Of a DNA stretch of 63,197 bases, positions 54,301 through 63,197 are shown in pieces (the stretch's first letter is position 1; each line of letters starts with the position of its first letter). The notes under the pieces are model-generated. The model had not been told where the DNA came from. It saw only the letters and a program-made list of their open reading frames with translations, and did not search any database. This DNA comes from an uncultured Candidatus Peribacteria bacterium (GTDB taxonomy: Bacteria > Patescibacteriota > Gracilibacteria > Peribacterales > Peribacteraceae): the NCBI GenBank assembly GCA_964558895.1, contig CAZLFU010000001.1, positions 1-63,197 of the forward strand, written 5' to 3'. Position numbers and translations under genes: made by a program.

Positions 54301-55741
54301 AGTTTCCAAATCGTCCATCGCGTAGATGTGCAGGTACCCATTCTGTTTTGCTATTGGCATCTAGTAACTTCTGCTTAATCTGCTCTACCTTCACAAACCA
54401 AGAGCTGGTTGCATAGTTGAGCAGAGGGGAGTCGCAACGCCAACAGTGTGGATAACTGTGCTTATATTTCTGTGTCGAAAACACTGCGTTCTGTTTATGC
54501 AAGTACTCGATAAGTTTTCGATCGGTTTTCGAAGGGTCATCTGCAGGTTTCACATCCATGCCTGCGAAGTCGGTCACTGCGCTTATAAATTTCCCCTCCA
54601 TTGTTACGTGCTGTAGGAGTTCCACTTGTTGTGCTTTTCCTATTTGGAAGTCGTCCTCGCCAAACCCCGGAGCAATATGCACAACCCCTGTTCCTTCTGT
54701 TGTTGTCACAAAATCACCTTCCACAATGGTAAAGCATTGTGAGTACTTGTTTTCAAAGTATGGAAAGAGTGGCTTGTAGGTTCTACCAAGAAGATCTTTC
54801 GCATGCATCGTTTCGACGACCTCATGCTCTTTTCCTTTGAATACAGTTTCGACCAAGTCCTTTGCAAGGATATAGTAAGCATTTTCTGATGAGACTTTGA
54901 CGTAAGGAATATGTTTTCCTACTGCAAGAAACAGATTGCCCGGCAGTGTCCATGGTGTTGTAGTCCAAGCAAGAATAAACGTATTTGGGGTATCAGAAAG
55001 TGCAAATTTTGCTATAACAGATTGATCGGTTATATCGATATATCCTTGAGTCACTTCAAAATTACTGAGAGGCGTAACACAGCGTGGGCAGATGTGCATC
55101 GGCTTGTGCCCTTCGTATACCAATCCTTTTTTGTGAAGTTGCTCAAAAACCCACCAGATACTTTCCATATAGTCGGGGTCCATCGTGCGGTAATCCCAGT
55201 CCATATCTACCCATCTTCCCATGCGCTCCACAATCATTTGCCATTCTTTGGCATAGCGTTGGACAGAGCCTCTACAGAGCTCGTTAAATGCAGCAATTCC
55301 CATGGCTTCTATTTCCTGCTTGTTTTGAATGGAGTGTTCCTTCTCTACAAGATTTTCAATAGGGAGACCATGGCAGTCCCACCCAAAGCGTCTTTCCACA
55401 TACTTTCCCTTCATGGTTTGATAACGCGGAATTACATCCTTGATAGTTCCTGCGAGCAGATGTCCGTAATGAGGGAGGCCTGTGGCAAAGGGGGGACCGT
55501 CATAAAACGTAAAGGTCGAAGGTCGAAGGTCGAAGGCTCCCCCTTGTGCGGATGACTGAGGGCTCTTCGACTTTTGACTGATTCCCGGAGTGTTCAAAGC
55601 ATCCGCATTTCCATCATTCTGCTTTCTTCTGTGCATAGACCTCTTGAAGGTATCTTCTTCCTTCCAGTACTGCAAAATTCCTTCTTCCAACTTGGGAAGA
55701 GATTGTTTAGGGTCGACAGGGTCGAAGGAAGGTTTTGCCAT
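51377..55741 (-). CDS. ileS: Isoleucine--tRNA ligase (eukaryote-like type) carrying two inserted histidine-phosphatase (PGAM-like) domains
   Basis: '[20 protein letters not shown]' (HIGH), '[16 protein letters not shown]', '[21 protein letters not shown]', 'KMSKRLKN' (KMSKS). Inserts carry 'LRHGESEGN...VVVVTHADP' and 'VRHGESTWN...LIVGHGGY'. Start at ATG 55741. Confidence 0.9.
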   Translation of the reverse strand: [1454 protein letters not shown]

Positions 55742-55832
55742 GCAGAGCAAGTGTAGGGAATTTTCTTCTTTTAAACTACTTTTAATGGCAAAAAGTACAA
55801 CCAACAATTCCTTAAAAATTGCAGAAAATTTT

Positions 55833-57077
55833 TTACTCTGTTAGCTTTCCAGGAAAACTTGCTATTTTTTTTAAAAATGGAATTACACGATAATCGATAC
55901 TACCTACACTTACACATTCGTTACGAGTATGCTCGCCTGTTCCGAGTGGTGGAAAAACAATTGCTGGGATGTGTTTTGCGTGAGCTATAATTGCCTCATC
56001 TGCGACTGGCTTTGCTGCTTTTATGGCAACAGGCTGATTGTATACTTCACCTGCTAACATGTGTGCATTTCTAACAAAAGGGCTGTCTTCGGTTTCCAGC
56101 CACGGTTTAGTAAAGGGTATCTCTGAATGTCTCTTTTCAAATTTTACAGTGAAGTTATCGTCGCCCAATGCACTGCGAATTGCTTCTCGTACCATATGCT
56201 GAATTTCTGTTTTTGTTAATTCAGGATCTGTATAGAAAGCATTAATTTGAAATCTCCCTTCCGTAACAACACTTAGTGCTTGTGGATTTATTGATCCCCA
56301 TCTTCCAGGAACTAATATTGGTTTTCCTAGTTTTGCATCATAAGGGTGCTCGGAAAATCTAAATCCATTAAGTGCAAGTTTAGCTTTGGCATCTCTTGTC
56401 CATGATAAGCCATCAAGCATTTCGTGTGTCACTCCTCCGGAGTGTGTTGATGGTCCTTCTATGGTAACATCTAATCCAACGCGACCTTGCCTTCCAATAT
56501 ATATTGCTGGAGGGTCTTCCAATTGACCCTTCACTGGAATTTCGGTTGATACAACACATGATGCCCCATCTAGAAGATCATTATCTGGATGCAAAGCTGC
56601 ATGAGTACCTTCAGATTGATTTTCTTCTCCCCATACCAATAGAATTCTTATTTTTCTGTGAGTAGCAACTTGCAATTCGCGTGCAGCTTTGAGATAAGCA
56701 GTGACTCCACCAAGCATATCGTATGCTCCAAGGCCGTACACAATATCTGAATTTCTTTCATCCACGATTAATTCATGCGGATTGCGTTTAAAACCTTTAT
56801 ATTCTTCCGGAGGAGGAACTGTATCAAAATGACCATGGAAGATAACTAGTTCTTCTTCTCCGTCTCCAAAATCAATTGTTATATTCCTTGGTCTAGGATC
56901 TTGATCTGCAAAGCTGGCCCCAGTTGGAAACTCGTGAATTTTGAGGTCACCATGAATCCATCTGTCATTCATTTGCTTAATGACGTTCACCATGTTTACT
57001 TGCCCCTGTTGTGTAAATGATTTCACGGCTATCAATTCACCCAGCACATCCTGTGTTGATGGAAATTCAGTAGACAT
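55833..57077 (-). CDS. M20-family metallopeptidase/deacylase (ArgE/DapE-like)
   Basis: 'LVIFHGHFDTVPPP', 'LLVWGEENQSEG'. Confidence 0.7.
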   Translation of the reverse strand: MSTEFPSTQDVLGELIAVKSFTQQGQVNMVNVIKQMNDRWIHGDLKIHEFPTGASFADQDPRPRNITIDFGDGEEELVIFHGHFDTVPPPEEYKGFKRNPHELIVDERNSDIVYGLGAYDMLGGVTAYLKAARELQVATHRKIRILLVWGEENQSEGTHAALHPDNDLLDGASCVVSTEIPVKGQLEDPPAIYIGRQGRVGLDVTIEGPSTHSGGVTHEMLDGLSWTRDAKAKLALNGFRFSEHPYDAKLGKPILVPGRWGSINPQALSVVTEGRFQINAFYTDPELTKTEIQHMVREAIRSALGDDNFTVKFEKRHSEIPFTKPWLETEDSPFVRNAHMLAGEVYNQPVAIKAAKPVADEAIIAHAKHIPAIVFPPLGTGEHTRNECVSVGSIDYRVIPFLKKIASFPGKLTE

Positions 57078-57282
57078 AACTCATAGACGCGAAGATAAGA
57101 TATAATCTTCTTTGAAAAAACTTCTTCCCACAAGAAAAATCTGAGTGATATGTTGTACTGAGTGTATTAATACTATTATTAACAAAAAAGAAAAATTACA
57201 TTGTAAAGCGTATTTTCCATTCAAATTTCATGTTTTAATGTTTGACAAATAAGTCAAAAAAGAGAGAATATTTGTCCGTTTC

Positions 57283-57660
57283 ATGTTTTTTATGATTCAA
57301 AGACGTGAGGTAGATCATGGGCGCAATTCAGATGGTACCAGGTCTGAAGACTTAGTTGGAGAAGAGCTATTATCTACCATGCTTAGTAGAATTGATGGGC
57401 AAGACTTTATTGTGAGTGGAAGTGTATCAACTGCGTTTGACGTTGTTACTGAGGTAGAGAAGAAGATGGGTGATGTAGGATTTGGTGCGTTTCTAGCAGA
57501 AAAAGGGATTTCAAGAGAGCAATTAGTAACATCGTTAGCACATGATATTGCCGAAAATGTTGAAGCTGAAGGGCGTATTCCAACGCAAAGACTCAAATCA
57601 GTCATTAGTGCGATTGCGGGAAGGTTAAAAGACATTTTTGGTAAAGCCGCGATAGTTTGA
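57283..57660 (+). CDS. Hypothetical protein (125 aa)
   Basis: ORF only. Confidence 0.35.
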   Translation: MFFMIQRREVDHGRNSDGTRSEDLVGEELLSTMLSRIDGQDFIVSGSVSTAFDVVTEVEKKMGDVGFGAFLAEKGISREQLVTSLAHDIAENVEAEGRIPTQRLKSVISAIAGRLKDIFGKAAIV

Positions 57661-57796
57661 ATGCTAACACAATGTGAATTAATGGTGGTTCAATGACAAT
57701 TTTCTAGAACATTGATTAAGGGTTTTTTTGTTGCGTAGCTATAAACAAGAGTTATGATACTCTCGGACGATTTTTATAGTTTTCCCAGATTGTAGT

Positions 57797-58927
57797 TTGA
57801 CGGGCGAAAAACCATTTGAAGGGCATGAACCCCCTCAAGAAAGCGCTGAAAAGCGACTTTCTCAGGGCGGCGAACCTTTGCAAACATCTAGTGAAACCAG
57901 TGGATTAAGAGAAAAGGTTACTATTAAAGTCGCTCAAGTTCTTGAAAAAGAAAATAGAACAAGTAATTTCAAAGAATCAGATTTTGAGTTGATTACTCAA
58001 CATACTGAAAGTAGGGAATTAACACCAGATGATTGGGAAGCCGTTGGTGAACTTTATCAGAAGAGTGAAATGTCTACTGAAGTGTTTCAACATCTGGCAA
58101 ATAAAGATTATATAAGTGCGGAGCAAGAAGCAGCAAAGGGAGGAATGATAGATAAATGGATTTCTAATCCAAGAGAATTGCAAGCACTTAGAAATAGAAA
58201 TCCAGCGTATATTTCTTCTGGAGAAGAAATGTTGCGTTTTCTGAAAAGAGAATACAAGCCGGAATCGTCTGAGGCAGGAAAAGGTCGAGTGGCAGATTTT
58301 CGTATGTGGGGACAATTTGATAGAGATAAAAAGTTACGATCAGCAGCAGCCGCGTTTTTACCACCAAAAGATTCTGATTTACTAGAACGTCACACCGAGC
58401 AGATTCAGAAGCTTTTTACTGGTCAGTATACATATGATAGGCATGGAATTCAGTTTTACCCATCTGGCAAAAATTCTTTTTCGTATGCCGATGAACATCA
58501 AAAAAGAGCTCCAACAACAGCAGAATTTTATTTAATTCTACAGGATGTAAAAGGATCTGGAGCATTTATTATTCAAAAGATGCTGCAGGATCTGAAGGAT
58601 GAGGAGATGCAGATTACCGATTGGTACCTTTTGCGGTTTGGAGCATTGAAAGTACTAGAGCCGGAAGAGGATACGCGTTTAGCAAATTCCCTCGAAAATG
58701 ATGCAAGCAAAAGATTTTTTAAACACAGAGGGTTTAGAGATGTGGGAGTGTTTTCTTATAAGGATCAAATAGCAGCAAGAGAAGTTGGTAGTAGTGTTGT
58801 AATTGTAGAACCTGAATGGAAAGTTATGTGGAGTTCAAATGATGAGTTTGCATCTGGTAATGCTACCGAAGTCGCAGAAATATATAGAAAGGCAGAAGAG
58901 CATAAACCTCGAAGGGCTAGATCCTAG
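57797..58927 (+). CDS. Hypothetical protein (376 aa; TTG start in the track)
   Basis: Long ORF, no family recognised. Confidence 0.45.
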   Translation: MTGEKPFEGHEPPQESAEKRLSQGGEPLQTSSETSGLREKVTIKVAQVLEKENRTSNFKESDFELITQHTESRELTPDDWEAVGELYQKSEMSTEVFQHLANKDYISAEQEAAKGGMIDKWISNPRELQALRNRNPAYISSGEEMLRFLKREYKPESSEAGKGRVADFRMWGQFDRDKKLRSAAAAFLPPKDSDLLERHTEQIQKLFTGQYTYDRHGIQFYPSGKNSFSYADEHQKRAPTTAEFYLILQDVKGSGAFIIQKMLQDLKDEEMQITDWYLLRFGALKVLEPEEDTRLANSLENDASKRFFKHRGFRDVGVFSYKDQIAAREVGSSVVIVEPEWKVMWSSNDEFASGNATEVAEIYRKAEEHKPRRARS

Positions 58928-58935
58928 CTTGGAGT

Positions 58936-61698
58936 TTATTTTTTTGAAAATAACATTGGCAGCATTGCCCCAATACTTACTAGTACAGCTGCAATTAATG
59001 TTAGTGGACTAATAGGTGCCAATTCAGGAATGATAAGTACTTGACCAAGCATTGTCGAGAAGATAATGAGGAATGAGTATCTCAATACAAAATCAATTTG
59101 TTTATATGAGAGAAGATAGTAATACACATAATATGGTAATCCTGCAAAGACTATACTAAAAAGAATCATATCTGCGATAACGTAAGATTCATACGTATTG
59201 AGTGTTGAAAATGGTAGAAATGGTAGTGTCAGAATGGCGCTTAAAATAGAAAGCAGTAAAAAATACTGTGCAGAGCGGGAAGCTACATGCTGTTGTCTTT
59301 TGTATTGTTCACTCACAACAGAGAATGCAGAAAATGCTACAACAGCCAATAGCGTATAAACCATTCCCTTCAATGACCAACTTGGAGAAAATAGTGTAAT
59401 AATTGATGCTCCCAATATAAGCAAACCCCATGTTACTAGAAGAATGTTTTTGCGGTGCTTATTGACAATAGAAGTCAGGAGAACACCTCCTGTAGTCATT
59501 GGAATAGAGTAATGAATGGGGTAGGTTGATTGTAATGCTTCGTACGTGAAGAATGCGATGCATGCTAACAGAAAGACAGTAATAAGCAGTGAGCGATCAA
59601 TAATGGGTAAACGTATTTCAGGTAGATCATCGTGTGCTTTTTTCCAAAGAACCAGTACAGCACTTATGCAAGTGAGTGATAAGAAGCGGATGATGGTTAA
59701 GTCGAGTGCTGCAATATCATATGCATGAATAAGTTTGTATCCCACAGCTGGATCGAACCCCCATAAAACAAGAAGGAAAGCAATTCCTGTGCTGTGCCAA
59801 AGCTTCGACGAAGCATTACCAATATATACGTTTGTAGCTCCTATTGCCTCTAAAGATTTTTTTAATGCCTTTTGCTCATCCATAGTAAGCGGATGTTTTA
59901 TGGTTATATTCCCATGCATCATTGCAAATGGTTTAAATTTGAGAGAGCGTATATTTATTTTAAATTTCTTATACAATTGAATCGTATGGGTTACTGTGTC
60001 AATATCGTTTATATCCAATGAAAATTTAATGAGACTTTGTGTTTTATTCATGTCTTTGGTTTCTCTTTTTATTTCTCCAAACAGTAGTTCATAAGCATCA
60101 GTTGGCTTTAAGTGACCATCTGCTATGGCTTCATAGATCGTTTGCAAAGATTTATAACTTGTTCCAATTAGTTTTTCTTCAAGTTTTTTCTGGTTAAATT
60201 CTTCTATAAATCCTCTACGCTTTTCTGTCATTACTTCTTGAAAAATCTCTTTACCTATTGAATATTTTGTAGTGTCTGATTGATTTGAAAGTGCCTTACG
60301 AATTGTGGCGGTAGCTAATCCAGTATTAACGAAATTTAACCACGATCGATCTACAGTTTCATCTTTGTTAAATTCTGCGCGGATAGATTCTGCGTTACGC
60401 AATTGAGTATTGAATCCAACTTTTTTGCCATTAACTGTAATGGTAAGAATGTTAAGGGCCTTGTCTCCAAAACAGTAAAAAGCACCATCGAGAGCAGTGG
60501 CATCTTTTGGAATGAGAATGGCGAGATCTCCTGCACCATGAACAATAATAGAATCTCCCAAAATATCACTTTTCAAGCTTTCCCAAAATTCTCCACTGTG
60601 TTCAGCTGTATCTTCAGATAAAGAAGAAATACGCCCTGCCCATGGTAGATAATTTTGCAATCCCATTGATGTATTATCAAAGCAGAGCGAGGCAATTCCC
60701 ATATGGTGATACTCATGCATTCCTTCTGTGCGTATTTTACATCTGATACGTGTGCCATCCTCCATAATCATTGTTGTGTGTATTGCTTGATATCCGTTAA
60801 TTTGAGGTGAGTTGATAAAGTCTTGAAAAGAGAGAGTTTCTCGTTGCCACTGTTGATGTAGCATTCCTAAAACAAGGTAACAGCTTGGTATATCTTTGCA
60901 GATAAATACAATGGTATACTCCGAGAGACCAGTGATTGCAGAACCGCCTGCCTGTAGTTGTAGTTTTACCTTGTCCCATATTTTTGGTTCATAGAGCATT
61001 TTGATATCGCCCCATTGGTTGGGGTGTGTAACAGAGAATACTTCGTGGATTTTTTGAATGATTCCAATCACTTTTTTTTCATTCGCTTTTCGTAATTCGG
61101 AAAGCTGTGTAAATAACTCTGGTTCCAGAGTTTGCAAGCAGAGTCCTTCCATTTCGTCTCGTAAGTCCTGCATCGAAAGTCGATCTGCAATTTTTACAAA
61201 CACTTCCATTGTCTCTTGTGCATATGTTAATTGCCTCTCGGGTGACATATACTCAATGGTTTGCATGTTATGCAACCTATCTACCAATTTAATGATCATG
61301 ATGCGCACATCCTTTTCCATCTGTGTAAAAATTTTGCGAAGAGTTTCTATTTCCTCTTCCAGTGTTACATTGTCATCGATGTATTTCGATTTCAATTTGG
61401 TAACACCATCGATCAACATGGCAACATCCGAATTAAACTGCGCATCAATTTCTTTCAGTGTCAGGTTTGTATCCTCGATAGTATCGTGCAGAAGTGCTGC
61501 GATCAGGGTATCTGGATCTGCACCCATGTCTGCAAGCATATGTGCCACCGCAATAGGATGAGTGAAGTAAGGATCGCCCGACTTTCTTTTTTGATCTTTA
61601 TGGGATACTTTTCCAAGTTCAAACGCCTGTTCTACACGTGCTTGATCCTCTGTAGAGAGGTGCCGAATATGCGATCGAAACTCATTCCAGCGCATCAT
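58936..61698 (-). CDS. rel: RelA/SpoT homologue (HD hydrolase + synthetase + TGS + ACT-like) fused to a C-terminal ~10-TM membrane domain
   Basis: 'HPIAVAHMLADMG...LLHDTIEDT' (HD), 'GYQAIHTTMIMEDGTRIRCKIRTEGMHEYHHMGIAS' (synthetase), 'VNGKKVGFNTQLRNAESI' (TGS-like). The last ~294 aa are hydrophobic helices (EamA/DMT-like). Start at ATG 61698. Confidence 0.8.
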   Translation of the reverse strand: MMRWNEFRSHIRHLSTEDQARVEQAFELGKVSHKDQKRKSGDPYFTHPIAVAHMLADMGADPDTLIAALLHDTIEDTNLTLKEIDAQFNSDVAMLIDGVTKLKSKYIDDNVTLEEEIETLRKIFTQMEKDVRIMIIKLVDRLHNMQTIEYMSPERQLTYAQETMEVFVKIADRLSMQDLRDEMEGLCLQTLEPELFTQLSELRKANEKKVIGIIQKIHEVFSVTHPNQWGDIKMLYEPKIWDKVKLQLQAGGSAITGLSEYTIVFICKDIPSCYLVLGMLHQQWQRETLSFQDFINSPQINGYQAIHTTMIMEDGTRIRCKIRTEGMHEYHHMGIASLCFDNTSMGLQNYLPWAGRISSLSEDTAEHSGEFWESLKSDILGDSIIVHGAGDLAILIPKDATALDGAFYCFGDKALNILTITVNGKKVGFNTQLRNAESIRAEFNKDETVDRSWLNFVNTGLATATIRKALSNQSDTTKYSIGKEIFQEVMTEKRRGFIEEFNQKKLEEKLIGTSYKSLQTIYEAIADGHLKPTDAYELLFGEIKRETKDMNKTQSLIKFSLDINDIDTVTHTIQLYKKFKINIRSLKFKPFAMMHGNITIKHPLTMDEQKALKKSLEAIGATNVYIGNASSKLWHSTGIAFLLVLWGFDPAVGYKLIHAYDIAALDLTIIRFLSLTCISAVLVLWKKAHDDLPEIRLPIIDRSLLITVFLLACIAFFTYEALQSTYPIHYSIPMTTGGVLLTSIVNKHRKNILLVTWGLLILGASIITLFSPSWSLKGMVYTLLAVVAFSAFSVVSEQYKRQQHVASRSAQYFLLLSILSAILTLPFLPFSTLNTYESYVIADMILFSIVFAGLPYYVYYYLLSYKQIDFVLRYSFLIIFSTMLGQVLIIPELAPISPLTLIAAVLVSIGAMLPMLFSKK

Positions 61699-61799
61699 AG
61701 TGACTGTAAATTTTACACGTCGCTTTGCCAAAAGAACAGGAGTTTTGTGACTTATTTTGCCTATTTAAGCCAAAACTACTTATTCATTGTTCAAAAAAA

Positions 61800-62276
61800 T
61801 TACAACGCCAACAGCAGATACTTCTTCACATTGGCAAAAATATCTTTTTCTTCATCCAGTGCCTCTATCTCTTCCTTCGTAAACCATCTCAAGTCACTAC
61901 TTTCTTCTTCTGCCAATTGCAGCATTTGAGATTCGTCGAGTAGTTTTGCAAGAAAGAGAAAATCCATATGCTGGTGTGCTGGCTCTCCTCGTACCTCGGA
62001 TGCAGGGATATTCTCCAGGAGCATGGCAAAAGGCTTGGTAAGCATCATGCCTTCGCTTGGATCCGTTGCAAACAAATCCTTCTGGTCTTCGCCTATAATT
62101 TCGACGTCCAAACCTGTTTCCTCTTTACATTCCCTGCATGCTGCCTCTTGTGGTGTTTCATCTGGATCAATGTGTCCACCTGGTGGCATCCATCTCTCCA
62201 ATCGCTTATGCCATAAAAGCAATGTTCTCTTTTGAGAATCGATAATGAATGCTGTTGCGGTAAAGTGTTTCATCAT
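61800..62276 (-). CDS. Nudix hydrolase
   Basis: Nudix box 'GGHIDPDETPQEAACRECKEETG'. Confidence 0.8.
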   Translation of the reverse strand: MMKHFTATAFIIDSQKRTLLLWHKRLERWMPPGGHIDPDETPQEAACRECKEETGLDVEIIGEDQKDLFATDPSEGMMLTKPFAMLLENIPASEVRGEPAHQHMDFLFLAKLLDESQMLQLAEEESSDLRWFTKEEIEALDEEKDIFANVKKYLLLAL

Positions 62277-62363
62277 TAGTAGAGTGGAGTGTACTGTGGA
62301 ATCGGGTATGGGGCTATATAATTATGATTTCATGGCTACATGATTAAAGGGTTCAATGATGAC

Positions 62364-62454
62364 ATGACTACATGATTAGAATGTTGATGCAGTATTTGAT
62401 GTCTAGCGAAGTGGAGAAAAACATATGTAATTCGCTTGCGAATCATGTAGTCAT
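62364..62454. promoter_or_regulatory. 14-bp inverted repeat in a divergent promoter region (candidate operator)
   Basis: ATGACTACATGATT (62364-77) / AATCATGTAGTCAT (62441-54). A partial direct copy CTACATGATTA lies at 62336-46. Tandem CATGCATT follows at 62452-70. Confidence 0.35.
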
Positions 62455-62530
62455 GCATTCATGCATTCATGTAACAATGTAAACCAGCAACAAAGCATGG
62501 TATACTCAGTCCCTCCTTCCAAATCTCCTT

Positions 62531-63085
62531 ATGGTACTCATCAATGATAACTCTACTGTGCTTGCTATTGGTGACCCTCTTCCAAGTTTTTCCTTGCCAG
62601 CGACCGATGGAATGACTGTCGATTCACACATGATTAAAGACCCAGTTCTTGCAGTCATCTTCACATGCAATCACTGTCCGTATGCCCAAGCGTACGAAGA
62701 TCGGCTCATCGCGCTTGCGAATCATTTTGATGAAGAAGGTGTCCAGTTTGTGCTGATCAATAGTAATGATGCGACAAATTATCCAGAGGATTCCTTCGAG
62801 CAGATGACTGTGCGTCACGATGAAAAGAATTTCCCATTTCCCTACTGCCATGATGAGTCACAGGAGGTTGCCAAAGCTTTTGGAGCTCTCTGTACACCAC
62901 ACTGTTTTGTATTCAATCGAGACAGAGTGCTTAAGTATAAAGGAAGAGTAGATGACAGTTGGAATGATGAAGGTGCTGTCACCGAGAAAAATTTGTACAA
63001 CGCCTTAACTGCACTCGTACAAGACGAAGAGCCACCGGCACATGAAGCAAATGCAATTGGGTGCTCTATAAAGTGGAAGGATTGA
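62531..63085 (+). CDS. Thioredoxin-fold protein (AhpC/TSA-redoxin-like)
   Basis: 'VLAVIFTCNHCPYAQAY' CxxC motif in a redoxin-like context. Confidence 0.65.
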   Translation: MVLINDNSTVLAIGDPLPSFSLPATDGMTVDSHMIKDPVLAVIFTCNHCPYAQAYEDRLIALANHFDEEGVQFVLINSNDATNYPEDSFEQMTVRHDEKNFPFPYCHDESQEVAKAFGALCTPHCFVFNRDRVLKYKGRVDDSWNDEGAVTEKNLYNALTALVQDEEPPAHEANAIGCSIKWKD

Positions 63086-63197
63086 TAGAGCCTGAGGAAT
63101 TTTGAATTCTTAATGAGAAATTTTAAATTAAGAATTAAAAATTCGTACTGTCCTTCTTTACTTCCAGCACCATAATCTCAGGTGGTGCGAGTAACCT

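Noticed and set aside
55514-55534. Heptamer repeats (here and at 27067-27136) as phase-variation switches
   Set aside because: There are only three units, they sit in an essential gene (ileS), and no evidence of length heterogeneity is available from a single sequence. They are reported as REP-derived insertions instead.

Overview
This is a 63.2-kb bacterial window with moderate to low GC by eye. The gene content includes a short AlaRS, a eukaryote-like IleRS, a sortase, an SLH protein, weak Shine-Dalgarno signals and many GC-rich REP-like hairpins. That mix suggests an uncultivated small-genome lineage, but I cannot verify this here. All family names come from motifs read in the translations; no searches were run.

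Layout:
(1) 1-1.8 kb: an RTX-repeat surface protein plus its sortase.
(2) 2.0-7.5 kb: a copper-resistance cluster (csoR-copZ-copA, a DUF305 protein, an HMA-permease-cupredoxin fusion).
(3) 7.65-25.5 kb: an AT-richer composite island next to tRNA-Asn. A ~150-bp module occurs three times and divides the island into three segments: a VOC gene; an 8-gene radical-SAM / polyamine / ATP-grasp / GT / QueE-like cassette; and a 10.6-kb element. That element carries a type II R-M pair, a putative 4-gene ABC-three-component operon, a structured RNA-like element, unknown genes and a large serine recombinase whose ORF ends inside the tRNA.
(4) 25.7-36.4 kb: housekeeping and membrane genes (HTTM-DCC fusion, methyltransferase, ArnT-like GT, alaS, histidine kinase).
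(5) 36.6-44.4 kb: tmRNA, then a ~7-kb segment (radical SAM, HAD, metK, ATPase-Nudix, metzincin-like protein, IS1595-type IS) bounded by a perfect 315-bp repeat of the tmRNA 3' part.
(6) 44.5-63.2 kb: small conserved genes, msrA, an SLH protein, ileS, an M20 peptidase, a Rel/SpoT homologue, a Nudix gene and a thioredoxin-like gene.

Most interesting:
- Each repeated module encodes an orphan 31-codon C-terminal 'tail' with codon-patterned divergence. The tails share an in-frame TGGCTCC core with the end of the recombinase ORF and the 3' end of the tRNA. This predicts that integration and excision swap the recombinase C-terminus, and that recombinase-less cassettes accrete at the same site.
- IleRS carries two separate histidine-phosphatase (PGAM-like) domains inserted in its catalytic core.
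- Also notable: the mobile 8-gene cassette, the integrase-less tmRNA island carrying metK, the ABC-3C-like operon, and a Rel/SpoT enzyme fused to a ~10-TM membrane domain.
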